Shown: positions 1 through 13,337, counted from the stretch's first letter. The stretch is DNA of 64,000 bases from Octopus vulgaris (GCA_951406725.2 OX597819.1:34100001-34164000), one strand, 5' to 3'. Notes: generated by a model not told the origin, from the letters alone. Numbers and translations: made by a program.

Positions 1-451
1 GTTACAGACATTTTCAAAAGGTTTTCCAGGGACAGCAGATTTAGTTTACGCTAAAGCTGCATATTTATAACAAATCTGACACATTCCATGCAAAGGATAC
101 AAATGTACATAATAAGCATTATTAGTCATATTCACTGCAAAAGTTCCTGAAGAAAAAATATTTTTTCTATAGACATAAGGAGGCACCAACTTGGCCTTCT
201 GAAGTTTTCAATCTGTAATTTCAAATTTTTCTTTTCTTTTTTTTTTTTTTTGTTCTGCTTAAAGGAAGAGAAAAACATGCACGCAGTGTAATAAGTGAAT
301 AGGTTAAAGTTGAGTATGTGATACCTCTCAGTAAGTTGAAAATAAAAGGTAATGATGTAATATAACGAAATATATGAACTAAAATAATGAAGAGTGGAAT
401 AAGTGCATGTACAAATACATATAGCATATTAGACATATATTGACAACACAT

Positions 452-860
452 ACTCTTTTACTCTTTTACTTGTTTCAGTCAGTTGACTGTGGCCATGCTG
501 GAGCACCACCTTTAGTCGAGCAACTTGACCCCGGGACTTATTCTTTCTAAGCCCAGTACTTATTCAATCGGTCTCTTTTGCCGAACCGCTAAGTGATGGG
601 GACATAAACACACCAGCATCGGTTGTCAAGCAATGCTAGGGGGACAAACACAGACACACAAACACACACGCAAACATATATATATATATATATACATATA
701 TACGACGGGCTTCTTTCAGTTTCTGTCTACCAAATCCACTCACAAGGCTTTGGTCGGCCCGAGGCTATAGTCAAAGACACTTGCCCAAGGTGCCACACAG
801 TGGGACTGAACCTGGAATCATGTGGTTGGTAAGCACGCTACTTACCACACAGTCACTCCT
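452..860 (-). mobile_element. tRNA-derived SINE, family A (full length)
   Basis: tRNA-like head (A/B-box-like, GGTTCAGTCCC), internal (TA/CA)n and (AAAAGAGT)n tail; more than 20 related copies in the window. Confidence 0.9.
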
Positions 861-2227
861 ATATTATGAAAGTCATATGGACGCTCAAGGTTCATATGGA
901 CCCTAGTTGAAAACCACTGATTTACATTCTAATTTCAAATCTCTTCAAAATCAATTTTTATTTTCATCTACCAGGAATCTATAAAATAACACCTGGGCAT
1001 GATTTACTCAACTACAACATGCTACACCTCTAATTTATAAAGCTCGCACAGGTGATACTCTACATCAACTTCATTAGCCACAATATTTGTACAACAGTAT
1101 ATAAATAATTAATAAACTGGCACAACTGAAAATAGTTTCTTAGACAGATTATTCATCTAACATGTAGTCAGCTAAGAACATTAACATTTTGTTGAAGAGT
1201 TCTAAAGAAAAACCAAGATTTTTCAGTACTAATTGACTATACAAGAGTAGTTAATACAAGTGGATACTGAATAATGGAAGAAACTCATGTTTCATTTACT
1301 CCATTTAAGCTAAATGTGACGGCAAAGTACACTGTATTCAGCCGTCTCTTCATTCTCATAGCCATATTTCAATTCCACCTCTATCTCTCTTTTGATTTTG
1401 GTGAATAGATGTTCAGTGAAGAATTCTTTAAAGTTCCTTTGCATCATAGTAGGCATTCATACAAGAAAGTAGGTGTGTTTTGGATTGATCAGAGAAAGTT
1501 AATTGATTTCATAAAGCTTCAAGGTCAAGAGAGACTGGGAATTATCAGAACTAAGTGCTGTAGAGTGTGTGTTGAATAAGAGCCATTAATTTATTCAACA
1601 AAGCGAATATTTACAGAGGGATATTGAAAAGTCTGTTTGTTAAAAGCCATTCCTTGCAACCACTTCTAATTTTTCAGGTGGATTTGTTTATTTGATTTCA
1701 GAGATAGTCACCTTTCTCAAGGACAGAATGGTTCTTTAGGGGTAAAAAAATGGCAAAGAAACAGTAACACATACACACACATATACGCACACATATGCAA
1801 CATATGATATATGTATGATGGATTCTAGTCGCTGATCCAAAAATACATTTCTCCAGACCAATATTGGAGGCTCTGCAAAAGGCCCATCTTTGACAAAGGC
1901 AGTCTAGAAGTGTGTTTAGAAATACCCTTAGAAGTTTTATGCACTGCTTTTCAACAAATTATTAAAGAAACATGTTTTTCTGTAGAAATCATAAGAAAAT
2001 AATGCAAGATTAAATTTTGAAGAACAATTGTAAAAGATATTAACATGTACTAGTTTCATAAAATAAATCAATTCAGGGATCAAGCAAATAAGTAACACAT
2101 TAAGTAACACCCATTTATAACAGCACTAGTCTTGTGTATAACAACCTGTGGTAACTTAAAAATTGAAATCACAGAAAACCTAACACAACCATTGATCTCA
2201 TCATCATCATTGTTGTTTTAGTGCCCT

Positions 2228-2540
2228 CAATGGTTCTCAACCATTTCTTTTTTATCTATGGACCCCTTTGATTGCTATTTTATTCTGGTTGATCCCCATA
2301 GTAATTTGATTCTTCTTTCAAAATTCCTATTTTGCTTTTCAAACATTCACTTGTGTAGTTTGAACTATGCCAAACATTAGAGAAAGAAACTGAGCTATTT
2401 CATGCAATCTAAAGCAAAGTTTTTTCATGGACCCTTAAAACACTATTGTGGCTCTCCAATTTATCATTTTGCTTGCATGAACCCCTCAAAATTTAATCTG
2501 GATGCTCAGCAGTGGTATGGATCTCAGGTTAGATGGAATT
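2228..2540. mobile_element. Decayed hAT-type MITE
   Basis: Begins CAATGGTTCTCAACC (CAGTGGTTCTCAA-type terminus) with tggacccc subrepeats; a matching end GTTGAAAACCACTG is also seen near 905-919. Confidence 0.5.
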
Positions 2541-2740
2541 TATTGAAGTGGCTTTTCCTATGGCCAGATACCCTTCTTGACAACAACCATCACCTGTTTC
2601 CAAGAACAGATTCAGTCCATCCAGTCATCTTCCAAATAGATTCTGCCAACCCATATTCATTCACAAAGTTTTGTTCAATTCAAAAGTATGGTAGAAAGCA
2701 CCAAAAAGTGTCACTCAGTGGGACTGAACTCAGAACCACA

Positions 2741-3165
2741 TCTTTTACCTTTCGTTTTTTACTTGTTTCAGTCATTAGACTGTGGCCATGCTGGGGCACC
2801 ACTTTGAAGAACTTCTTAGTGAAATCAACTGACGTCAGAAATCTTTTCTTTTTTTTTAAGCCTGGCACTTATTCTATCAGTCACTTTTGCTGAACTACTA
2901 AGTTACAGGGGAATAAACACAACAGCACCGGTTGTCAAGTGGTGGTGGGTGACAAACACAGACACAAAAACGCACACTTATACATACATGCATATATATA
3001 TATACAATGGGCTTCTTTCAGTTTCTGTTGACCAGATCCATTCACAAGGCTTTGGCTGGCCCAAAGCCATAGCTGAAGGTACTTGTCCAAAATATCACAC
3101 AGTGGGGCTGAACAAGGAACCATGTGGTTGGGAAGAAAACTTCTTACCACTGAACCACCCCTGCA
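2741..3165 (-). mobile_element. SINE family A (diverged)
   Basis: Collinear similarity to 452-860. Confidence 0.85.
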
Positions 3166-3304
3166 TCTATGATTGTAAACTGAAGTGAACATTTTAACCT
3201 TATATATAACTATATCAGTAGTCCCCAAGTTTCACCAGTATAGGTAATATTCAATCACTGGTTGACAGTGGTTATATGGTTAGGGAAATTCAAACACAAT
3301 TTTA

Positions 3305-3660
3305 ATTACTTTGTAGGACTTGTCTTTCTAGAATGACTGACGTTGTACGTAGAGTTGAATAAAGTTTATAGGTGTTAATAAATCTAGTTCCAATAGTTAA
3401 GTTGTTGTCATTTTGTTTTATTTCACTATTCAAATTCAACATCAATTCGGAATCTGTTCTTAATTATAATTTAACCAGTAAAATGTGCAACAAATGACTG
3501 TAGGGACTTCATTAGTTTGCTCAGTGACTCCCATGTGAATAGAAGTATAAGGAATTTGCATTAATCACCAAAGTGACCTAAGAGAATTATACCACATAAT
3601 ATTATTGGACATGAGATATTTCCATTTCAAGTAACTCAAATTAGATTGTCATATTGTATA
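3305..3660 (+). mobile_element. Possible decayed Helitron PIF1-like helicase C-terminal remnant
   Basis: Broken frames read LCRTCL / LVPIVKL / QHQF, in the same order as LCNGTRL / IPRIxL / RxQFP; many stops. Confidence 0.35.
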
Positions 3661-3666
3661 ACAACA

Positions 3667-5048
3667 AATAAAATAAACCAAATAAATCATAAGAATGTGT
3701 GGAGAATGAAGGTTAAGGCTTTCAAATATTGTTAGGTAAGGAGTGATTTAAAACGGATGGAATTTTGGAAAAAAATTTTTCAAAGCATTGACTGTCATTT
3801 CTAGCACGTCAACTAACCACATTGAGGCCTGCCTTGTATTTTCTACTTATTCAACAGACATCCATGCATACACAATGGGCATTGTTATTCTGATAACTGG
3901 GGAAAGAGTTGGTTTTTAAAATTGAAATTTTGGAAAAAACTTCTTCTCAAACATTTGGCTGTTATTTCAAGCATGTCAAGCAACTACACTAAGGCCTCCC
4001 TCATGTTGTCTGCTGTTTTAATGCCAAGCATTCATGCATGTGGAAATGAGCAGTCAAGTTTATAAATATGTAAAATGATGGTACGATGGTGAAGAAGGTA
4101 TTCTGAAAGCTGAGAAGGGGAATAAAGGATTTTAAAATAATTGAAGTTTTAAAAACAAATTCTTTTTGTTTTTTGTTTTTTTTTTCAGAAATTATTATCT
4201 CTGTTTTTCACCTGGAATTCCTCTCAAAATGTTGAAAAATTTGAAAAACAAAAGAATTTATGTAATGGGTATTAAAATTTTGAAAAGCTGTTCCAAGGTA
4301 AAGTCATAATTTCTGTGGCTGAAAATATAAGGATTCTGAAAAAAGTTTTGGAAAATAAAAAATAAAACGAAAACACACACAAATAAAAAAAAAAAAAGAG
4401 TCAGGAGTCTATTCAACACATCCACTCTGATTTTATTTTATTTTATTTTATTTTATTTTGTTTTTTCAACTGTTTATACTCACTAACTTTCAATACAGAC
4501 CATCACTACTTTGCTCAGATTTTAATGTTTACTGTTTACATGTGTGAGTATCTACATACCTGCGTACAGATATGTGTATACACACACATACACACACACA
4601 CACACACACACATGCATAGCTACATTTTAGTGCTACAGTGATCACCTTTAAATTTGACTACTTTCAAAATTGTTTTCAGCATTATATTCCTCTGATTGAG
4701 ACTTAAGAAGGCTTAATGAAATTAAAGTTTCTTTGTTTGTCCCCCACATCACCACTTGATAACTGGTGTTGGTGTGGTTACATCCCCGTAACTTAGAGGT
4801 TTGACAAATGAGGCTGATTGAATAAGTACTAGGCTTACAAAGAATGCATCCTTCATAACTGTGCACCCAACAGTTAATAAAATAAACCAAATAAATCATA
4901 AGAATGAGTGGAGAATGAAGGTTAAGGCTTTCAAATATTGTTAGGTAAGGAGTGATTTAAAACGGATGGAATTTTGGAAAAAAAATTTTCAAAGCATTGG
5001 CTGTCATTTCTAGCACGTCAACTAACCGCATTGAGGCCTGCCTTGTAT
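3667..5048 (+). repeat. ~173-bp near-identical direct repeats (3667-3839 and 4876-5048)
   Basis: Direct comparison shows only a few substitutions. Confidence 0.9.
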
Positions 5049-5305
5049 GCCTTCAAACTGGCCATACCTGACCAAAATATTCTACCTGCTTTATGGTCAA
5101 ACTGACCAAATCTGGCCCCTCACACCTACTCTACAATGTCCTTCTAAAAATAAACTGCCACACCATTAAACTCTCAAAGTTACAAGATAATGCCTGATTA
5201 ATTCAAAACGACATATTATATCTGACTGTGATGGTCTTGCTCAGTCACAAGAGAACTGCCATCATGTACACACATGTACATATGTATATGAATGCATACA
5301 TATGT

Positions 5306-5716
5306 CAGGAATGGCTGTGTCATTAAGAAGCTCACTTTGCAACCATGTGGTTTTGAGTACCTTGGGCATGGTACCTTGGGCATGGTACCTTGGGCATGGT
5401 ACCTTGGGCATGGTACCTTGGGCAAGTGTCTTCTATTATAGACCAAGGCCAACCAATGTTTTGTGAATGAATTTGGTAGACAGAAACTATATATCTGTGT
5501 GTGTGTGTGTGTGTGTGCTTTTGTGATTGTGCACCCTGCCACCTGACAAATGATGCTAGTTTGTTTGCATCCCTACAACTTAGTGGTTCAGCCAAAGAAA
5601 CTGATAGAATAAGCATCAGAGTCAAAAAGGAAGTACTAGTGCAAATTTGCTTCACTCAACCTTTCAAGGGGGTGGCCTCAGTATGGCCACAGTCCAGTGA
5701 CTGAAGCAAGTAAAAA
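5306..5716 (+). mobile_element. SINE family A with internal 14-bp tandem expansion (GTACCTTGGGCATG, about 5 copies)
   Basis: Family similarity; tandem at about 5357-5424. Confidence 0.85.
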
Positions 5717-5999
5717 AATGAGAACAAAAGAATAGAGATACACACACACACACACACACATGCATAGGCGTAGATGTGTGGTAAAAAGATTGCTTCCCAA
5801 CCACATGGTCCTGGGTTCACTTCCAATGCATGGTACCTTGAGCAAATATATCTTCTACTATAGCCCCGGGCCAACCAAAGCCTTGTGAGTGGATTTTGTA
5901 GACTGAAACCGAAAGAAGCCTGCAGTGTGTATGTATGTATGTATGTCTGTATGTATATATATATATATGTATATACATATATGAGTATATCTATATATA

Positions 6000-6690
6000 T
6001 CCCTCCTCCTCCCCTCTCTCTCCTCTGCTCCTCCTGCTCCTCTTCCCCTCCTCCCACTCCCCCCTCTTCTCTCCCCCTCTTACTCTCCCCATCCCCCGTC
6101 CCCCTCTTCTCTCCCCCTCTTACTCTCCCCATCCCCCGTCCCCCCCTCTTCTCTCCTCTCTTCCTCTCGCTCCTCATATACCCACCTTCCCTCCCCCTAT
6201 AAACCCACCCACCCCTACTCCACCTTCCCTATCCTTCCCACCCCTTCCCCCACTCTACCCCCACACATTCCCCTACACACCTACACACCTCACCCCTATC
6301 CCACACTTCTCCCCCACATACCTCACCCATATCCCATACCCCTCACCCACATACCTCACCTCTAACCCCACCCTCTACCTACCCACAACCCCCACTCTAG
6401 CCCAACTCCCAGCCGAACCCACACCCCACCCGTGCTTTCCCCACTCTCGCCTCCCCCACCTCCCCACAACATCACACCACACTACACTACACCATACAAC
6501 ATTACACATCACATCACAACACACCACCCACAGCACACCACCCAAACACCCATCCCCACATCTTTACACCTACACATACATACACATATCACATCACAAC
6601 ACACCACCCACACACCCACACATACATACACACACGCATCCAGACCACCAGCCCTCTTTCACACACACATACATACTCTCTTATACATGC
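6000..6690. repeat. C-rich low-complexity tract
   Basis: CCCCTC/CACAC-rich sequence with an internal ~40-bp duplication. Confidence 0.9.
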
Positions 6691-7008
6691 ACGCACCTTT
6701 GTGTTGGGGGGCACCTTCGTTTTGGAAGTCACTTGACCCTGTTATCTCCTCTACTGACCTTCTCGCGGCTGACCACTGTCCAAAGTCAGGATGTCATGAT
6801 AGATCATTAGCTCCTACACGCATTTTTTTCTCTCCTTGTTTCTCTCCTTGTTTTTTTCTGTGTATCTTTCTGTCGAAGAGCGTAGGCTCGAAACGTAAAA
6901 GACTTTTTCTATTTCTATTCCTGAGTGCTATATTAATACATTTGTTTGTTTGTACTCCACCTGCCTTCGTCTTTTGTTTATTTTCGTAAACCTTTCTGTT
7001 ATATATAT
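6690..7008 (+). mobile_element. Penelope-like element terminal fragment with minimal hammerhead-like motif (6865-6902)
   Basis: TCTTT-CTGTCGAA-GAGC(GTAG)GCTC-GAAA-CGT-A-AAAGA; ends in (TA)n; related to 34862-35078. Confidence 0.7.
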
Positions 7009-7257
7009 ACCTATATATCTGTGTGTGTATTTGTGTTTGTCCCCCCCATCACTGCTTGACAATCAGTGTTGGTGTGTTTATGTCCCCATAACTTAGTGGT
7101 TCAGCAAAAGATACCGATATAATAAGTACTAGGCTTAAGAAATAAATCTTGGGGGTTGATTTGTTTGACTAAAACCCTTCGAAGCACTGCTCCAGGATGG
7201 CTGCAGTCAAATGACTGAAACATGTAAAAGAATATACAAAAAGTGAGAGGGGTGAAG

Positions 7258-7259
7258 GA

Positions 7260-7334
<75 letters not shown>
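7258..7334. repeat. (GAAA)n microsatellite
   Basis: Direct reading. Confidence 0.95.
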
Positions 7335-7335
<1 letters not shown>

Positions 7336-8259
7336 GTGGTTTGAAAAGAAAAGAAGTGCAAATGGAAACAAAAGACAGCCGAGAAATGGTAAAACAAAAA
7401 CCGAAAATAAGGGAAAGGAAGAGAGCGAAAAACTGAGTTAGAAATAGAAGCCATATGTGAGAGAGGAAGCTGAAACTGTATTGTTTGTCTATGAGTTCTT
7501 CAGCTAAGCACTAACTAAAACTTTGCTGGAATCATGTGTTGCTCTGGGAAAATTTTTTTTTCTTTTATATTCTGAGGGAAGTCCTTTTCGGTATTATGTT
7601 GCTAACAAGAAGGAATCATAGAAAAAAAAAATGAATGAGGAAAAAAAGAAACAAAAGGGATTTCCAATAACGAGGTTTAGAATAAACATAATTAATCTAA
7701 TATGTATGAAACTGTTTTCTTCTTTATGTTTATGTATGTGTAAGTATGTGTGTGTGTATGGATGCATGCTTATGTGTATGTACATATAGTTTCCTCTAAT
7801 AGATCTTTTTTTTTTTTTTGTTTCTAAGGGTGCTTTTCCTTTTTTTATCAATTCTATTAGCAACATAAGATTAAGCATTGATCCATTTGGTTTTCAGAAA
7901 AGAACATTTCTGGAGGGATAAAGGCGGGATATAACCAGGGAAAGATTGTCTTTTATTTACCCTGAAGGAATAGAAATTAAAGGCAGTCTCCCTGAGATTT
8001 GAAATAAAAAAAATTAAGTTTAACAACAGCTCATCAAAATATAATTTCACAAATGGAGATATGTGTGTGTATATGTGTGTATGTATGTGTGTGTGTTAGA
8101 GAGAAGGTGAAAGAGAGGGATGAGAAAGAGAGGGATGAGAAAGAGAGAAACCATCATTATAACAGTGATTATGCTTAAGGCACAAAAGGTATAATTATAT
8201 CATATATCCTTTACTATGGTTAGGACTGGGTGTGCATATACCCTCATCATCATTGGCTG

Positions 8260-8590
8260 TGTGATGGTTCTGGGTTCAGTCCCACTGCGTGGCACCTTGG
8301 GCAACAGTCTTCTACTATAGCCTCAGGCCAACCAAAGCTGTCATATATATGTATACATATATATCTGTGTGTGTGTGTGTGTGTGTGTGTTTATCTCCCC
8401 ATCACCATTTGTCAACTGGTGTTGATGTGTTTATTTACCTGCAACTTAGCAGTTTGGCAAGAGAGAACGATAGAATAAGTATCAGGCTTAAAAAAGTATT
8501 GGGGTAGATAAATTCGACCAAAAGTTCTTCAAAGCAGTGCACAAACATGGCCGCAGTCTAATGACTGAAACAAATAAAAGATAAAAGATT
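8260..8590 (+). mobile_element. SINE family A (internally deleted)
   Basis: Family similarity. Confidence 0.8.
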
Positions 8591-8664
8591 ATCATTTCAT
8601 TCCTTTTAACATCCACTTTTCCATGCCTGCATGGGTCAGATGGAGTTTATCAAGAGAGATTCCC

Positions 8665-8772
8665 ACTTGCACTGGATGGGTGGTGTCACCTCTCACCCAA
8701 AGGATTTTACCCACACGGCATTAATTTTGACAGGAAAAATAAATTTAAATACTTTTTGAACACCCCTCATAT
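8665..8772 (+). mobile_element. Mariner-type 3' end remnant
   Basis: Ends ACTTTTTGAACACCCCTCATA, similar to the TIR of the MITEs at 33810 and 34562. Confidence 0.5.
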
Positions 8773-9019
8773 AGATATGTGATGGACTCTTCTGTTGAAA
8801 ATGATGTAAGAGTGTTCAGCTTTTACCAAATGACCTACACAATTGATTTGTTTATAGTAAACAAATGTATATGCCATACATTAACTCACTCCCTCCATCA
8901 AATCGATGTTGCCTGAACAGGTGCACAGTGTAAGTGTCAGATGTCAAAGTGATTGCAGAATAGTTTAAGTGCCTAAATATATTCCAATCTGTTTATCAAA
9001 AATATATATCTATATATAT

Positions 9020-9175
9020 ATGTGTCTGGGGAGACTCATTTTCTTTTTGTGCCTTATTATTTAACACACTCACCGGTAAAATTTCCACTTATTTCTTATT
9101 TTTATTTTCCTAAAATTTTCATTGCGTCTTGCAACCTTTTCAATAGTCTTGACTCTGTGTGTTATTTACACTGCA
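9020..9175 (+). repeat. Interspersed repeat also present at ~55903-56040
   Basis: GTCTGGGGAGA(C/G)TCATTTTCTTTTTGTGCC... is highly similar between the copies. Confidence 0.85.
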
Positions 9176-9239
9176 TTATGAACTACCTGGTTTACAATAC
9201 TAGGCCATAGCCCCCACACACACACACACACATATATAC

Positions 9240-9276
<37 letters not shown>

Positions 9277-9454
9277 CATATATACAATACATACACACAC
9301 AATCTAGTATGAATGCATATATGTATACACATGTAGGCATGTATACAAGTTGTAAGTTTATGTATGCATGCATGCATCTATGTATGTTATTTATTTGTAT
9401 ATCTTAGTGGACAAATAGCTTTTACAAACAGCGTTCAATGTTTGTTATGAAAAA

Positions 9455-9785
9455 TAATTCTTACATTTTATTGATGTCTCCATTTTGACATTTCACTAAC
9501 ATTTACACTTACAACTCACACAAACTCACTGTACAACTAAATCTATCAGACATCTGTAATCTAGACATGTTCTTTCATTACAAACTATTGCAAATAATGC
9601 TTTACTCCCACACTGCACCTCATACAGCTTTCTGACATGTTTTCAGACAACTAGTGAATAATATTTGCGTTTTTCTACCAAACAGTTTCACTCAAAATAT
9701 ATTTTGGCTTCATGGTGCTGTTTCTATAGTGATCTTCTGAAGGGCAGCGAAGTGGGTTAAACCCTGAAATAAGATTTGAAGCTAT
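9455..9785 (+). mobile_element. Decayed Penelope-like RT remnant with degenerate hammerhead-like end
   Basis: LHFIDVSI...HKLT...LDMFFH resembles PLE RT LPFLDV...YRKPT...YL..S.HP; GGG(TTAAA)CCC-TGAAAT at about 9754-9770. Confidence 0.45.
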
Positions 9786-9814
9786 AAGTTATCTAGTTTA
9801 TTGCTTTAGTTTAG

Positions 9815-10135
9815 CACTGAAGGTCAGCTGGCAGGACCATGTCACAAATGAGGAGATTCTGAATAGAGTAAGGTCACAACCACTGCAAGAGATTGTAGCA
9901 GAGTACCAATTCCATGTGGCTGGTGACATTCTCTGTAGACTCAGTCAACAACACTCAAAAAAAGTCCTGACGTGGGTACCTCCCTTCAGCATACATAAAA
10001 GGGTTAGGTCAAAGATCACTAGGTGGCACACATTTGGAACTGACCCGAAGACAATCAACATTACATGAAGTGGATGTGAACCCAGTGGGGGAAGCTTGTT
10101 GCCCAATGCACTGAGCAGCATAAGATGACCTAAAG
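9815..10135 (+). mobile_element. RTE-clade LINE 3' fragment
   Basis: Translates LKVSWQDHVTNEEILNRV...VAGDILCR...KVLTWVPP...WGKLVAQC. Confidence 0.8.
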
Positions 10136-10294
10136 TTAAAGCTAAAAGCTTTAGCTTCAAGGTCAAATCCTGTTTATTCATAATCTTTGCCAGTCAATGA
10201 CCAGAAACCAATAAAAATATATGTAATGTAGTCATGTCTTGAGGTCAATTCAAGAAACTGATGTCTCCTAGAAGTTTTTTTTTTTAGACAAGAG

Positions 10295-10519
10295 TGCCTG
10301 GCACCTGTGGCCTTGCCTGGCACCTGTGGCCTTGCCTGGCACCTGTGCGGGTGGCACGTAAAAAGCACCCACTACACTCACGGAGTGGTTGGCGTTAGGA
10401 AGGGCATCCAGCTGTAGAAACATTGCCAGATAAGACTGGAGCCTTGTGCAGCCTTCTGGCTTCCCAGATCCCCGGTCAAACCGTCCAACCCATGCTAGCA
10501 TGGAGAACGGACGTTAAAC

Positions 10520-10548
<29 letters not shown>
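10295..10548 (+). mobile_element. SINE family D (RTE-type tail, (GAT)n end)
   Basis: GGCGTTAGGAAGGGCATCCAGC...CCGTCCAACCCATGCTAGCATGG...(GAT)n; related copies near 16225, 25830, 26435(-), 31110(-), 38020, 42310, 46620, 57250(-) and 58750(-). Confidence 0.85.
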
Positions 10549-10550
<2 letters not shown>

Positions 10551-10699
10551 GTAACAGAGAATAAATGAACAAAAAAATATTCTGAGAGCTACTTGTATTT
10601 TAAGGGTAGAAGAGGGCTTAAGTCCCAAGATCCACAACATTGAGGAGCAGTGACCCCAAGTATTATTAGCTTTGAATCTCATATCTAAGCTGTTCACTA

Positions 10700-11065
10700 C
10701 TTTCAGTTGTTGGATTCTGGCTATGCTGGAGCACTGCCTTTATAGTTTAAGTTGAACAAATGACCCCAATACACATTTTTTTTTTAAAGTCTGGTATTAT
10801 TCTATCGACTTTTTTTGGCAAGCTGCTAAGTTATGAGGACTTAAACAAACCAACACCAGTTGTCAAACATTGGTGGAAGGCAAACACAACACAAAGACAC
10901 ACATATATATATATACACGCAGTTTCTGCCTATCAAATTCACTCATGAGGCATTGGTCAGCTCCGGGCTTTAGTAGAAGACATTTGACCAAGGTACCACA
11001 CCATGGAACTGAACCCAAAATTACACGGTTTCAAAGTGAGCTTCTAAACAACACAGTCATGTCTA
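10700..11065 (-). mobile_element. SINE family A (diverged)
   Basis: Family similarity. Confidence 0.8.
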
Positions 11066-11884
11066 TGCTTCTGAAGGGCATAATTATGGACCAATACCCA
11101 AAATATCCTATAATTAAAAGGATATGTGATGAGCCTACCAAAGTCCTCAACACAAGTGTGTTGCAGATAACAAATGAAAGCAAAGAAAATACTGAGATTG
11201 TTGCTACCATTCACCATACCCAGCCCACCTACAAAATGGTTTTCGTACCCAGTCACAAATATAGTGAGATAACCTGTGGCTTTTTTCAAAGATTGCAGGC
11301 TTACAAGATTGAATAAAAGCTATCACCAAAAAGAAAAGAGTCCAAGATAAATTTTGCAAGCTATCCATATTTCTGTTAATTTTGCTATGTAATATATAAA
11401 GTTCTTCCAATATTTCTGTTAGTTTTGCTACATGATGTATAGTTTTCCCATTAATATTCTATTCAGTTCCAATATTTCCTCTAGTTAAAAACCTCTAACA
11501 AATCTGATATTTCTTCAGCATAATACTTTTTCTGAGTATTTGCGAATATTCTCCAATCATTCTATACTTTATATTAGCCAATAATCACATTTTCTCAGCT
11601 ATAATCTCTATATATTTCTGTTTTATGTTCATTTTTACATTTTTTTAAGTATGTGTCATTTAAATCCTCCAATTAAAATAGTAATACAAATATATTGTTT
11701 AAATTTGCTAGTCAAAATGTAGGGATTATCTATTCACGAGTTGACATTGTTTCATAATTTGAAATATGTAAATATTTCAACAAGAAAATAATAAAACAAT
11801 AATTAGTTATTCCATTAAGGAGCTCCTCACTGAGCTACTTAATGGATTAATGAGTGAAGAACTCATTCAAGGAATAAATTTAAA

Positions 11885-12265
11885 GTTACTGTGCTCAAGC
11901 CCCTATTGTTCAATATAGTTCTTGTAGTAACCACACTATTCATGATCAGAAGATACCCATGGGAAGTGCTAAATGGTAATGAGCTAACTGTCACTGCAGA
12001 ATATAATGACAAATAGCAGGGACAAAGGCCAGTGCACATGGTTATAACAATGGCACAGAGCGACAACAGGAATTACAAATAGGCCACAGCATTGAATGGT
12101 CTTGCATAGAATATAGTTAGAAAGTCAACAGTGCAGTGTGGTCAATGATGCAGATTAACCGAAGAAGTGGTGAAAGTTTGATCAAAATACATAGGAGTAG
12201 TTGACATCATTGGCAGCTGAAAGCCTCATGGCCCACTTGTAGTAAGAGTTAAATTCTGTTATAAA
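11885..12265 (+). mobile_element. Decayed LINE reverse-transcriptase fragment
   Basis: VL(S)PLLFNIVL...YPWEVLNGNEL resembles LSPLLF...PWELLYADDL; ends V..KFCY. Confidence 0.6.
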
Positions 12266-12275
12266 GAATTTAACT

Positions 12276-12426
12276 TGTGTGGTAAGTAGCTTGCTTACCA
12301 ACCACATGGTTTCGGGTTCAGTCCCACTGTGTGGCACCTTGGGCAAGTGTCTTGAACTATAGCCTCGGGCCGACCAAAGCCTTGTGAGTGGATTTGGTAA
12401 ATGGAAACTGAAAGAAGCCTGTCGAA

Positions 12427-12473
<47 letters not shown>

Positions 12474-12693
12474 ATGTTTGTGTGTCTATGTTTGTCCCCC
12501 CCCCCCAACATCGCTTGACAACCGATGCTGGCGTGTTTACGTCCTCGTAACTTAGTGGTTTGGCAAAAGAGACTGATAGAATAAGGACTAGGCTTGCAAA
12601 GAATAAGTCCTGGGGTCGATTTGAACGACTAAAGGCAATGCTCCAGCATGGGCCGCAGTCAAATGACTGAAACAAGTAAAAGAGTAAAAGAGT
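12276..12693 (+). mobile_element. SINE family A (young)
   Basis: Retains many CpGs and has an (AAAAGAGT)2 tail. Confidence 0.9.
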
Positions 12694-12951
12694 AAGTGAC
12701 TAACAAGTGTGAGCGATGACTATGTCATACCATGAGGCCCAGGATTTAAAAAAAGGGCACATGAAGTCATGGCTAACAACTGACCAACAAACAAGCAGGT
12801 TTTCCTATCAGAGAGCAGAAAGACTCTGTGAGCTTTGTGAAAGAAAACGTATGTTGTAAAGAGTCTGGTCAGACTTGAGAAAACTTGGTGGCTGTGTGCT
12901 AAGACACTTGCTTCCCAACCACATGGTTCCAGGTTCAGTACCATAGCATGA

Positions 12952-13337
12952 AGTGGAGGCGCAATGGCCCAGTGGTTAGGGCAGCGGACTCGCGGTCGTA
13001 GGATCGCGATTTCGATTCCCAGACCAGGCGTTGTGAGTGTTTATTGAGCGAAAACACCTAAAGCTCCACGAGGCTTCGGCAGGGATGGTGGTGATCCCTG
13101 CTGTACTCTTTCACCACAACTTTCTCTCACTCTTACTTCCTGTTTCTGTTGTACCTGTATTTCAAAGGGCCGGCCTTGTCACTCTCTGTGTCACACTGAA
13201 TATCCCCGAGAACTACGTTAAGGGTACACGTGTCTGTGGAGTGCTCAGCCACTTACACGTTAATTTCACGAGCAGGCTGTTCCGTTGATCGGATCAACCG
13301 GAACCCTCATCGTCGTAACCAACGGAGTGCTTCCACC
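12952..13337 (+). mobile_element. tRNA-derived SINE family C, nested in a family A copy (12887-13607)
   Basis: Head GGCGCAATGGCCCAGTGGTTAGGGCAGCGGACTCGCGG (TCG, Arg-like anticodon); 12-bp TSD ACCATAGCATGA at 12940-12951 and 13338-13349. Confidence 0.9.

Larger units (their letters stand above)
5766..7230 (+). mobile_element. SINE family A split at its internal microsatellite by a C-rich tract plus a Penelope-like end
   Basis: 5' half 5766-5995, 3' half about 7010-7230. Confidence 0.75.

Noticed and set aside
5935-6810. 291-aa Pro/His/Thr-rich ORF
   Set aside because: Starts in a SINE microsatellite and runs through C-rich low complexity, where stops are rare by composition
12955-13030. tRNA-Arg-like gene
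   Set aside because: It is a SINE head: it continues into the SINE body, is flanked by a TSD and has no proper acceptor stem
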